DNA of 40,102 nt from Polyangiaceae bacterium. GTDB taxonomy: Bacteria; Myxococcota_A; Polyangia; Polyangiales; Polyangiaceae. Under the pieces are notes generated by a model, which saw only the letters and a program-made list of their open reading frames with translations, had not been told where the DNA came from and made no database searches. This document shows positions 17,774 to 26,171 of this stretch, piece after piece. The position numbers and the translations under genes are program-made. The stretch lies in the NCBI GenBank assembly GCA_044222475.1, contig JBGANF010000072.1, positions 1 through 40,102 on the forward strand. Reading direction: 5' to 3'. The number at the start of each line of letters is the position of its first letter. The first letter of the stretch is position 1.

Positions 17774-19063
17774 ATGCGACGTTGGCTCGTTGGATTCGGC
17801 GCGTTCGCGCTCGTCGTCGGCTGCGTCTTCACGACGCGCGCGCTGCGCGGGCAAAAGCCGCATGCAGCGACGTCGCCGCTCGTTTCGGCCGGCGATGACG
17901 CGCCGGCGGCAGCGAAGATCGCCGCCGCAGCCGCCGTCAGCGACACGCCGCCGTCGATGGGCGGCCTCGACCTCGTCCACCCGTCCCTCGCGGACGACGG
18001 CGCGACCGCGACCCTGGACGGGAAGCGCAGCGCCAAGCTCACGCTCGACGTCCCGCTCCAACGCGCGACGAACGCGATCCTCACCCGACACAAGGTCCCC
18101 GAGGCTGCCGTCGTGGTGATGGACCCGGCCACCGGCCAGGTTCTCGTCTACGCGAGCCACGTCCAGACCGGCCCGAAGCGAGACCTCTGCAGCGAGGCCC
18201 GAGCGCCGTCGGCGAGCGTCTTCAAGATCGTGACCGCCTCGGCGCTCGTCGACAAGGCGGGCCTCGGAGAGGGAACCCGCGAGTGCTTCGCCGGGGGTGG
18301 CGATCAGCGCATCACCGCGGGCGACCTCGTCGTCGATCCGCTGCGCGACAAGTACTGCTTCACGCTGGGCCAAGCGATGGGGAAGAGCACGAACGCCGTG
18401 TTCGCGCGGCTCGCCTCGCGCGACCTGACGCAGCCGCAGCTCGACGCCGCCGCGCGCGCGTTCGGGTACGGCGATCCGGTGCCGTTCGACGTGCCGGTCC
18501 AGCCGAGCAAGCTCGAGATCCCGGAGAGCGGCCTCCCGTTCGCTCGCACTGCAGCCGGGTTCTGGAACACGACGCTCTCGCCCCTCGAGGCCGTCTGGAT
18601 CAGCGCGACGATCGCCCACGGCGGTGAGGCACTTCGTCCCTTTGTGGTACAGGACGTGCGCGACGACAAGGGTCAGACGACTTGGTCCGCCCACCCGACC
18701 GTCGTGCGTCAGGCCGTCTCGAAGGAGACTGCGGCCGCCCTCGGGGCGATGATGGATCACACGGTGAGCGAGGGGACGAGCTACAAGGCGTTCCACGATC
18801 GCAAGGGCCTCGCGTTCCTCCCGACCGCCGTCGCGGGCAAGACCGGCACGTTGACCGACGCCGATGGCCAGCGCTTCTACACGTGGTTCACCGGGTACGC
18901 GCCGGCGCATCCGAAGCCGGGCGAGAAGCAGGTCGCGATCGCGGTCCTGGTCGTCAACGGACCCAAGTGGCAGGTGAAGGCCAACGTGGTCGCGCGCGAG
19001 GTGCTCCAGGCGTGGTTCAAGGACGCCAAGGACGCCGCCGCGAGGACCGTCGCCGCGAAGTGA
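17774..19063 (+). CDS. Penicillin-binding protein, transpeptidase domain
   Basis: N-terminal TM; LTLD..LQ, VVMDPATGQVL, SVFK (SxxK), STN (SxN), KTGT, WFTGYAP. Confidence 0.92.
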   Translation: MRRWLVGFGAFALVVGCVFTTRALRGQKPHAATSPLVSAGDDAPAAAKIAAAAAVSDTPPSMGGLDLVHPSLADDGATATLDGKRSAKLTLDVPLQRATNAILTRHKVPEAAVVVMDPATGQVLVYASHVQTGPKRDLCSEARAPSASVFKIVTASALVDKAGLGEGTRECFAGGGDQRITAGDLVVDPLRDKYCFTLGQAMGKSTNAVFARLASRDLTQPQLDAAARAFGYGDPVPFDVPVQPSKLEIPESGLPFARTAAGFWNTTLSPLEAVWISATIAHGGEALRPFVVQDVRDDKGQTTWSAHPTVVRQAVSKETAAALGAMMDHTVSEGTSYKAFHDRKGLAFLPTAVAGKTGTLTDADGQRFYTWFTGYAPAHPKPGEKQVAIAVLVVNGPKWQVKANVVAREVLQAWFKDAKDAAARTVAAK

Positions 19064-19067
19064 GGCG

Positions 19068-19694
19068 TCACGGGTCGACGGCGTGGTCGACGAAGCACCG
19101 GCGGCAGCGGGCCTCGTAGGAGGCAGCGCCACCCACGAAGAGCTGTCCTTCCTCGGCGACGAGCCGCTGCGACCGCGAGGCCTCGCCGCCGCAACGCGCG
19201 CAGACGGCGTGGAGCTTGGTCACGTACTCGGCGACCGCCATGAGCGCGGGCATCGGACCGAAGGGCTGGCCCCGGTAGTCCTGGTCGAGCCCGGCGCAGA
19301 TCACCCGCACGCCGCGGTTGGCCAGGCGCTCGGCGATCTCGACGACCTCTGTGTCGAAGAACTGCACCTCGTCGATCCCGACGACGACGACGTTCGGTCC
19401 GACGAGGCCGAGGATCTCGCGCGCGTGCGCGACCGGGACGGCTTCGGCGCCGATCCCCTCGTGGGTGACCACCTTCACCGCGTCGTAGCGATCGTCGATG
19501 CGCGGTTTGAACACGACGAGCGGCAGCTTGGCGTAGCGCGCGCGCTTGATGCGCCGGATGAGCTCCTCGGTCTTCCCACTGAACATCGACCCGCAGACGA
19601 CCTCGATGCTGCCGTGCCCACCGCGCGCCGAGGCCGGCGGGCTGGTGGCGGCGAGGTGAGGGGCGTGGGGGTCGAACCGATCGACGGAGGACAA
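19068..19694 (-). CDS. tdk: Thymidine kinase
   Basis: GSMFSGKTEELIRR, FKPRIDDRY, IDEVQFF, AGLDQDYRGQPF, CxxC...YEARCRRC; start uncertain (TTG 19694 assumed). Confidence 0.95.
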   Translation of the reverse strand: MSSVDRFDPHAPHLAATSPPASARGGHGSIEVVCGSMFSGKTEELIRRIKRARYAKLPLVVFKPRIDDRYDAVKVVTHEGIGAEAVPVAHAREILGLVGPNVVVVGIDEVQFFDTEVVEIAERLANRGVRVICAGLDQDYRGQPFGPMPALMAVAEYVTKLHAVCARCGGEASRSQRLVAEEGQLFVGGAASYEARCRRCFVDHAVDP

Positions 19695-19901
19695 GACGAG
19701 GTGCTTGCTCGGTACCGCAATCGAGGGCCGGTTTCCATGCAGAATCGCAGCTGGCACGTCGCTCGGCGCAACGGATGCGCAGTGCCGGTCGAACTTCGGG
19801 GCGGGAACGAAGGAGCGGCCAAAAAGCGCAGCTTCTCCCACATCACGATTCGCGATTTTCCGCTGTTCGACGGGGCCGGGCAGAATGCTAAGCTTGCTGT
19901 C

Positions 19902-20150
19902 GTGGACGTCGTGCTCCGCAAGCTCGGGAAGGGATCGCGCGCAGTCGCAGGGCGGCTGGTGCGGGCTCCACGCAAGGGCTCGGTCGTCGTGATCGAGTTC
20001 CCCGACGGCATGCACGAGTACGTGACGACCCCGGTGAAGCGCGTGCTCCGTCTCGCCGGCCGCGAGGTCTTCTACATCGAGACGATCAACAGCCGCTATC
20101 GGCTCGAGGTCCGCGGTCGCGAAGACGCCGTCGCCGAGAGCGCCGGCTGA
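19902..20150 (+). CDS. Small (82 aa) beta-rich hypothetical protein
   Basis: GTG start 7 nt after TGcTAAGCT; typical codon usage; only the 3' end of ORF 19083..20150 looks coding. Confidence 0.72.
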   Translation: MDVVLRKLGKGSRAVAGRLVRAPRKGSVVVIEFPDGMHEYVTTPVKRVLRLAGREVFYIETINSRYRLEVRGREDAVAESAG

Positions 20151-20220
20151 ACCGTCACGTCTGCCGCACTTGACGTTGCCGGCGCGGTCGGGGCAAGGTG
20201 CGCCCCGCCAGGAGATCGCC

Positions 20221-20376
20221 ATGGGCAATTTCGACCGCCGTAACTCGATGAAGATGAAGCGCCGTCGCGCTCAAGTGAAGAAGAAGGCTCGCCTCAAGAA
20301 GCAAGCTGCCGAGCGCGGCCAAAAGCGCACCGGTGGGGCGAAGAAGACCGCCAAGAAGAAGTCGGCGGCGAGCTAG
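20221..20376 (+). CDS. Small (51 aa) highly basic protein
   Basis: AGGAG RBS before ATG 20221; MGNFDRRNSMKMKRRRAQVKKKARLKK..; candidate TTGACG-N18-CAAGGT promoter at 20170-20199. Confidence 0.75.
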   Translation: MGNFDRRNSMKMKRRRAQVKKKARLKKQAAERGQKRTGGAKKTAKKKSAAS

Positions 20377-20377
20377 G

Positions 20378-20851
20378 TCAGTCGCGCAGGCGAACCGTCG
20401 GGAACTGCGCGTTCGCCGGCGGTCCGTCGGGCCGCAGGACTTCGACCTTCTCTCCCAGGATCCCGATCGCGCCGTCGAGGCGCTCCTCGTCGTCGAGGCG
20501 CCAGTTCGTCTTGTAGCGGTGCCACTTCTGCTTGATCGTCGTGACGTTCAGGTCACCGACGTCGGCGCGGTACCAGCCGATGCGGACCATCACGTCGGCG
20601 TTGTCGTCGTCCTTGAACTTCATCCCCGCGACCTCGGCATCGGTGACGTGGAGCATCCCGTGCCACAGGGAGTGGCGGCGGACGAACTCGTCGCGGTAGT
20701 CGTCGCCGACGTCGCTCATCGCGACCTCCATTCGGCCGAACCGAGTGTGGAGGTTGAACTCCTGGGTCGTCGCCTGAAGGGCGGCGGGGCCGGTCGGGTT
20801 CGCGAGGCAAGCGGCGAGGGGTAGGATGGCGAGAACTGCGATGCGGCGCAT
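20378..20851 (-). CDS. Hypothetical lipoprotein (NTF2-like pattern possible)
   Basis: MRRIAVLAILPLAAC lipobox; TAGGGT 7 nt upstream of ATG. Confidence 0.75.
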   Translation of the reverse strand: MRRIAVLAILPLAACLANPTGPAALQATTQEFNLHTRFGRMEVAMSDVGDDYRDEFVRRHSLWHGMLHVTDAEVAGMKFKDDDNADVMVRIGWYRADVGDLNVTTIKQKWHRYKTNWRLDDEERLDGAIGILGEKVEVLRPDGPPANAQFPTVRLRD

Positions 20852-20906
20852 GGGACCTACCCTACGGGCGGCACCTCGGATGGCCCACTTTTCGGAGATC
20901 CGGTAG

Positions 20907-23072
20907 GTGGCGATCCGATCGTTCGGGAGCCCGGTCTTTCGCCTCGACGGCGACATCGAAGGGCTGGCGGTCTCTCCCGACGGGCACTGGGTCGCGCTCT
21001 CGACCGACGACCACGAAGGCCAGATCGCGATCGTCGATGCAGTGACCGGCAGCGTGCGCGCCAAGCTCGTCGGCACCGCCGACTCGGTCGCGTTCGTCGA
21101 CGACGACACGTTGTGGTCGGCCTATGCCCAGCTGCACCGCTGGCGGGTCGACCGAGCCGAGCAGACGTTTTCATCCGACGCACATGGCTCACCGATCGCC
21201 TTCTCGAGACAGGCCGGTCTCCTCGCGGCGGCGCGGCGCCCGCGAGAGGGCGGTGACGTCGATCTCCTCTCCCTGGAGGACGGCTCGCTCGTTCGCACCC
21301 TCCCGGGCCCCGGGCACCACGTGAGCTCGCTCTCGTTCTCCCCCGACGGCTCGAAGCTGGCGGTGGGCTACAACCAGTCTGCCGCCCTCTTCGACGTCGC
21401 CCGCGGGCGCGCGGTGGTGTTGGCCGAGCCCCACGACGGACTGAGGCGCAAGGTCGCGTTCGCACTCCATGGTCGAGTGTTCGTCGAACGCGAGGTCTCG
21501 CCCCACGTCGTCATCGACGATGGCAAAGGTCGATCGGAGAGGTGGAAGCTCTCGGACGGCCCGGACACTTCGGCGTTGTCGGCGCGCTACTACGCGATGG
21601 CCGCCGGTTGGAACGGGGTTCGATGGTTCGATCTCCATGGCGGCAAGGAGGTCGGCGCGATACCGGGCCGCGGTCCTTGGGGTCCGATGGCGTTTCTCTC
21701 GGAGGGCCGCCTCGCGTTCGCAGTCTCGAACCACTTGCTCGTCGTCGACCTCGACACCGCCACGCTCGAGGACGTCGCGCCGGGTCACGACGGCGCGATC
21801 TCCGCGCTCGCGCTCACGCCCGACGGAGCGATCCTGGCCACTGGGGCCAGCTTCGATCACACGATCCACCTTTGGAGCGCGACCGACGGATCCCATTTGC
21901 ACGCGCTCGAAGGGCACGACAACTACGTCGACTCGCTCGCGTTCTCTCCCGACGGGAAGACTCTCGCCTCCGGCGGGCGCGATGGCGCGCTTCGACTCTA
22001 CGACGTCCCGACCGGACGAGTGAGACGCGTCATCGCGAATGCTCACGGTCAATCCGACGTCTCGGTGGCATTCTCGTCGAGCGGCGAGCTCGCGACCATC
22101 GGGGCCAACGGCGAAGTCGCGACGCGCGATCCGATCGACGGCGGCTTGATCGCGGTGATCGCTCGCCTGCCACCGGCGAGCAACCTCGACCGCGCTCGGA
22201 TCGCGTTCGACGCGACGGGTGACTTTCTCGGCTGCATCGGGCCGCGGGAAGAGGTGTCCGTCCTCCACGCCAGAGGCGAGAAGGCCGGACGAATCGCGTT
22301 CACCGCCCCGGCGACGGGCCATGCGATCGCGTTCGCCCCCGACGCACCGATCCTCGCGTATCGCGACGGAAGCATGGTCGTCCTCGCGTCGATGCCGAGC
22401 GGGCACGTGATCACTCGCTGGGCGGCGGACCACGTTTCGGCGTTGGCCTTCTTGCCGCGGCAGCGTTTGGCGATCGTCGGCGGGTCGACACCGGAGGTCT
22501 TCGACGCCGCAACCGGGCGCGCGCGACCGATCTCGGTCCCGAGCCGAGCATCCGTCGTCGTCGGCGGCCCGAACGAAGACGAGCTGTTCGTCGGACTGAG
22601 CAACGGCACCGCCGTCCTCGTGACCGTCGGATCGAACGCGACCGCGGCGCTCGCGGGGCTGCGGGCGCTCGTGCAGCGGTTCGGCACCAGTCACCAGTTC
22701 GTCGGCTACCGGGATGCTCCGATGCCGGCGAGCGCGCTCGACGACCCGGCCACGACGATCGTCACGCGCGGCGAGCTCTCCATCCACGCTCGCATCGACG
22801 CACTCGACGACGACCACTGGAGGCTTCGGCTCTCACTCCATGACCCCGTCGAGCCCGCTCCCGCCGCGCCGCCACCCTCTCCGCCGCCGAAGCCATGGTT
22901 CGAGCGCGCGATGTCGGGCGTGCGCGACTTGTTCGCCGAGCGTCCCGATCTCCGCGCGCCATCACCTCCAAAGGCGCAAGAGCTCGTCGTGAGTCGCTCG
23001 TTCGCCGAGCCACCGACTGCGGAGGAGATCGAGGCGTGGCTCGCTGCGTTCGCCCGCGATCACTCCCGGTGA
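20907..23072 (+). CDS. WD40-repeat beta-propeller protein
   Basis: GHDGAISALALTPDG..LATG..DHTIHLW; GHDNYVDSLAFSPDGKTLASGGRDGALRLYD; Pro-rich C-terminal tail. Confidence 0.88.
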   Translation: MAIRSFGSPVFRLDGDIEGLAVSPDGHWVALSTDDHEGQIAIVDAVTGSVRAKLVGTADSVAFVDDDTLWSAYAQLHRWRVDRAEQTFSSDAHGSPIAFSRQAGLLAAARRPREGGDVDLLSLEDGSLVRTLPGPGHHVSSLSFSPDGSKLAVGYNQSAALFDVARGRAVVLAEPHDGLRRKVAFALHGRVFVEREVSPHVVIDDGKGRSERWKLSDGPDTSALSARYYAMAAGWNGVRWFDLHGGKEVGAIPGRGPWGPMAFLSEGRLAFAVSNHLLVVDLDTATLEDVAPGHDGAISALALTPDGAILATGASFDHTIHLWSATDGSHLHALEGHDNYVDSLAFSPDGKTLASGGRDGALRLYDVPTGRVRRVIANAHGQSDVSVAFSSSGELATIGANGEVATRDPIDGGLIAVIARLPPASNLDRARIAFDATGDFLGCIGPREEVSVLHARGEKAGRIAFTAPATGHAIAFAPDAPILAYRDGSMVVLASMPSGHVITRWAADHVSALAFLPRQRLAIVGGSTPEVFDAATGRARPISVPSRASVVVGGPNEDELFVGLSNGTAVLVTVGSNATAALAGLRALVQRFGTSHQFVGYRDAPMPASALDDPATTIVTRGELSIHARIDALDDDHWRLRLSLHDPVEPAPAAPPPSPPPKPWFERAMSGVRDLFAERPDLRAPSPPKAQELVVSRSFAEPPTAEEIEAWLAAFARDHSR

Positions 23073-23117
23073 CGACTTTTGCGGACGCGAAGCCGCGAAA
23101 GTGATGAAATGGGCTCG

Positions 23118-24164
23118 ATGAGCTCGCATCGTTTCGCTTGGAGCCGGGGCGGCGGCCTCCTACTGCCGCTCGCGTTGGTGCTGTGCGCGGGCTGCCCGAC
23201 GCCGACCCCGAAGCCACCGCCGGCGACCGAGTCGATCTCGAACGCCGCGGCCGACAACGCCGAGGGCACGCCCGACGACGGATCGCACGGTCCGCTCCAC
23301 GCGGCGAACATGGGCAAGATCCTGTTCTCCCAAGCTCGCCTCGCGGACGACGCCCCGGCGGACGCGCCGCTCCTGACCGAGATCCAGCTCGGCGACCGCC
23401 TCTACGCGAAGGCGTTCCTCGCCCGCGCTGCCGCCGCGCAGCTCCGACGCGAGAGCGCCGCTTGCGGTCCGAGCGCGAGCGGCTGGGTCGAACGAACCAT
23501 CAGCGTCGACGGCAAGGCCGAGGCGACGATCGGCGGGCCACTCACCACCGCGGCCGAGTACGAGAAGCAGACGACGTGGATCGTCGACCTCGCCGGCATC
23601 GACTCCGAGCGTGCGGTCATCTGGCCGAACTTCCGCGATCAGCTGCCCCTCGCGTACGCCCTCGCCAACCTCGGCGATGGAACGCACACGGTGGAGATCG
23701 TCCTCGGCGCGCGCTGCCGCGCCCCGAAGTCGCCGAGTGATCCGCTCGTCGTGCTCGCCAAGGGGACGCTCACCGTCAAGGTCGCTCCCAAAGGCCGGGC
23801 TGCATACGCGGCGGCGGTCGGTCCCTTCATCGAAACGAACATCTTCAAGAGCGCGGCCGACACCAAGGCGATCGTCGCCGCCGCCGCGAAGCAGTACGCC
23901 GGGCTGTTCCTCGACTTCCGCGGCCTCGAAGACGACTGGAAGGTATCCAACGACGACAAGGGCAACCCGCTCGTCCGGAAGCTGCCGAGCATCGTGACGT
24001 TGAAGAACCCGCCGAACTGCACGGTTCAAGGGGTCGAAGTCGTCGAGGACTGGGTCAGCGGCAAGTGGACCGGACCTCAGTTCCAGAACGTGAAGGATCC
24101 CCACTTCGATCCGCAGACGATCTCCTGCTCGATCCTCCAGGCGAAGCCGCCGAAGCCGAAGTGA
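23118..24164 (+). CDS. Hypothetical lipoprotein
   Basis: LVLCAGC lipobox, Pro linker, globular body; start ATG 23109 or 23118. Confidence 0.72.
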   Translation: MSSHRFAWSRGGGLLLPLALVLCAGCPTPTPKPPPATESISNAAADNAEGTPDDGSHGPLHAANMGKILFSQARLADDAPADAPLLTEIQLGDRLYAKAFLARAAAAQLRRESAACGPSASGWVERTISVDGKAEATIGGPLTTAAEYEKQTTWIVDLAGIDSERAVIWPNFRDQLPLAYALANLGDGTHTVEIVLGARCRAPKSPSDPLVVLAKGTLTVKVAPKGRAAYAAAVGPFIETNIFKSAADTKAIVAAAAKQYAGLFLDFRGLEDDWKVSNDDKGNPLVRKLPSIVTLKNPPNCTVQGVEVVEDWVSGKWTGPQFQNVKDPHFDPQTISCSILQAKPPKPK

Positions 24165-25102
24165 TGCCGAGCGCCGAGGAGCTCTTCCGCGATCACTTCC
24201 TTCCGCTCTATCCGCAAGACGCCGCGCGCGATCTGGCGGCTGCGCGCACGACCGACGCGAACCCGGCGAACAACCCGGCGATCACGGCCCACCTCGACGA
24301 CGCCGCGTTCGTCTTCGCGAAGATGCACGCGTCGATCTTCGGCCGCGACCTCGAGCTCGATCGCTCCGACGCGAGCGTTCACCGGCTCGGCGCAGCGCTG
24401 ACGCGCGAGGTTCGCGATCGCATCGCGCAAGAGCGGGCCGGCGAGCGCGAGAGCGTCCTCTTTCAAGTCGTGGTGCACGGCGCCGCGTACGTCGGTGCGT
24501 GCATCGTAAAGAACCACGGCGGGACGTGGGCGGTACGGAGGCCTCTCTGGGAGAGCTTGGTTCGGCTTCGATCGCACGCCGGCGAGGGCGAGCTCCCGGT
24601 GTTCCACTGGTGGCTGAAGTCGCTCGCCGACGAAGCGTTCGATGGCGACGGAAACGTTCGCCAAGGTCTGGCGGAGCGGTATCGCGCTCACGTCGAGATA
24701 CCGCGCACCGCGCCCGACGTCGTGTTCGTCGAGGGGGAGCGCAAGCTCCCACGAATGACCAAGGTTCGATACGATGTACTCTACAAGTATCTGAAGGCCC
24801 ACCTGCCCGAGCTCCGCGACCTCGGGCGCGATTTCCCGACGCCCGAGCGCTTCGACGCCTACCGCTTCAAGTGGCTCGACGCGTTCGTGATCGGCGGTGG
24901 GCGGATGGTGCTCCTCGCGGGGCTCGGCGAAGGCGGGCTCCACGCGTTCTGGCTCGATGGGTCGGGGTTCCAGAAGGCGGCGCTCTTCGCCGCCGACGCG
25001 TTCCCCGAGCCGCGCGTGATCGTCGACGGCGACAAGCTTCGAGTGATCGTCGCGCAGGACGGCGCCGCGCGAACCCACGAGCTACTCTGGTGGGGACCTT
25101 AG
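24164..25102 (+). CDS. Hypothetical protein
   Basis: GTGATG overlap with upstream stop; globular composition (HGAAYVGACIV..HGGTW). Confidence 0.75.
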   Translation: MPSAEELFRDHFLPLYPQDAARDLAAARTTDANPANNPAITAHLDDAAFVFAKMHASIFGRDLELDRSDASVHRLGAALTREVRDRIAQERAGERESVLFQVVVHGAAYVGACIVKNHGGTWAVRRPLWESLVRLRSHAGEGELPVFHWWLKSLADEAFDGDGNVRQGLAERYRAHVEIPRTAPDVVFVEGERKLPRMTKVRYDVLYKYLKAHLPELRDLGRDFPTPERFDAYRFKWLDAFVIGGGRMVLLAGLGEGGLHAFWLDGSGFQKAALFAADAFPEPRVIVDGDKLRVIVAQDGAARTHELLWWGP

Positions 25103-25112
25103 CGAGCCGGCG

Positions 25113-26171
25113 TCAGTGCAGGACCGCGTCGTCCTGCACTTCGACCGTCGCTTCGTCACCGCGTCGAAGAGCGATGACCTCACCGCGGCTGCAACCGGCG
25201 GCGACGTTGGGCGACGCGGTGGCGACGACCCACTGTACCCGAGGCAGCGCCTCTCGGAGGACGTTCGCCAGCGCACGCTGCGCGCCGGCATCGAGCCCGA
25301 GCTCGGCGTCGTCGATCACGGACACCCCCTCGGACTCGAGCGGATCGCGCTCGGGGTACGCTCCGCCGACCGCGCGCAAGGTGCCAGCGACGATCGCGAC
25401 CAGGTGCTGCGCGCCGTGCGAGAGATCGTCGAACACGACGACTCGCCCCCGCTCTTCGAACGTGGGCTCGAGGGTGCGCGGATCCACGCCGCGGAACTGC
25501 GCACCGAACGGACCGAGCGCGACGCCGACCGCGTGCCGGACGGCCGATCGCATCGTGAGCGTTCGCCCTTCACCGTCGGCCAGAGCACACGCGATCTCGG
25601 CGTGGGCGAGCACTTGTTTCGTCTCTCGCGTGAGGTCGGCGCGCGACACGTCCTCGAGCGCCGGCACCGCGCGGACGTCGTATCGGAGGACGCTTCGCTC
25701 CGGCGACGTGAGCATCATCGGCTGACGCGAGAACCAGCGCGCACCGAGGAACCCGACGACGCAGTGACCACCCTGCTCCTGCGCGCGCTTGTCGAACAGG
25801 GTCTGCTCGCGACGGCGAAGGAGCGTCTGCGTTTCGTCCTCGCCTTCGACGATCGCGTTCGGGCTCGCGACGAGGAGCGGGTGCGGCCTGGCAGGATCGT
25901 CGTCGCAGAGGTCCCACTCGGCGAGGGCGAACCCGGCTCGACGCTCGCCGTCCACCGGAGCGGGCGGCGGCTTCGGCTGCAGCGGAAAGACGAACCCTGG
26001 GCGGGTGTAGAGGATTGCCGTGAGGAGCGACGTCTTGCCCACACCGTCGGCGCCGAAAAGCACAGCGAGCGGACGCGGCGGGCTGCCTTCGGGCAGGCTC
26101 GGATCTGCCAACGACACGCGGAACGGCGCTCGTCCGATGCCCACTCGAGTGATCGCGCGGAGACGCATCAT
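25113..26171 (-). CDS. ABC/AAA_21-like ATPase with degenerate catalytic motifs
   Basis: Walker A GADGVGKT, signature LSHG, Walker B VSVIDDAELGL, VATASP in place of THSP; ATGA overlap with upstream hydrolase. Confidence 0.75.
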   Translation of the reverse strand: MMRLRAITRVGIGRAPFRVSLADPSLPEGSPPRPLAVLFGADGVGKTSLLTAILYTRPGFVFPLQPKPPPAPVDGERRAGFALAEWDLCDDDPARPHPLLVASPNAIVEGEDETQTLLRRREQTLFDKRAQEQGGHCVVGFLGARWFSRQPMMLTSPERSVLRYDVRAVPALEDVSRADLTRETKQVLAHAEIACALADGEGRTLTMRSAVRHAVGVALGPFGAQFRGVDPRTLEPTFEERGRVVVFDDLSHGAQHLVAIVAGTLRAVGGAYPERDPLESEGVSVIDDAELGLDAGAQRALANVLREALPRVQWVVATASPNVAAGCSRGEVIALRRGDEATVEVQDDAVLH

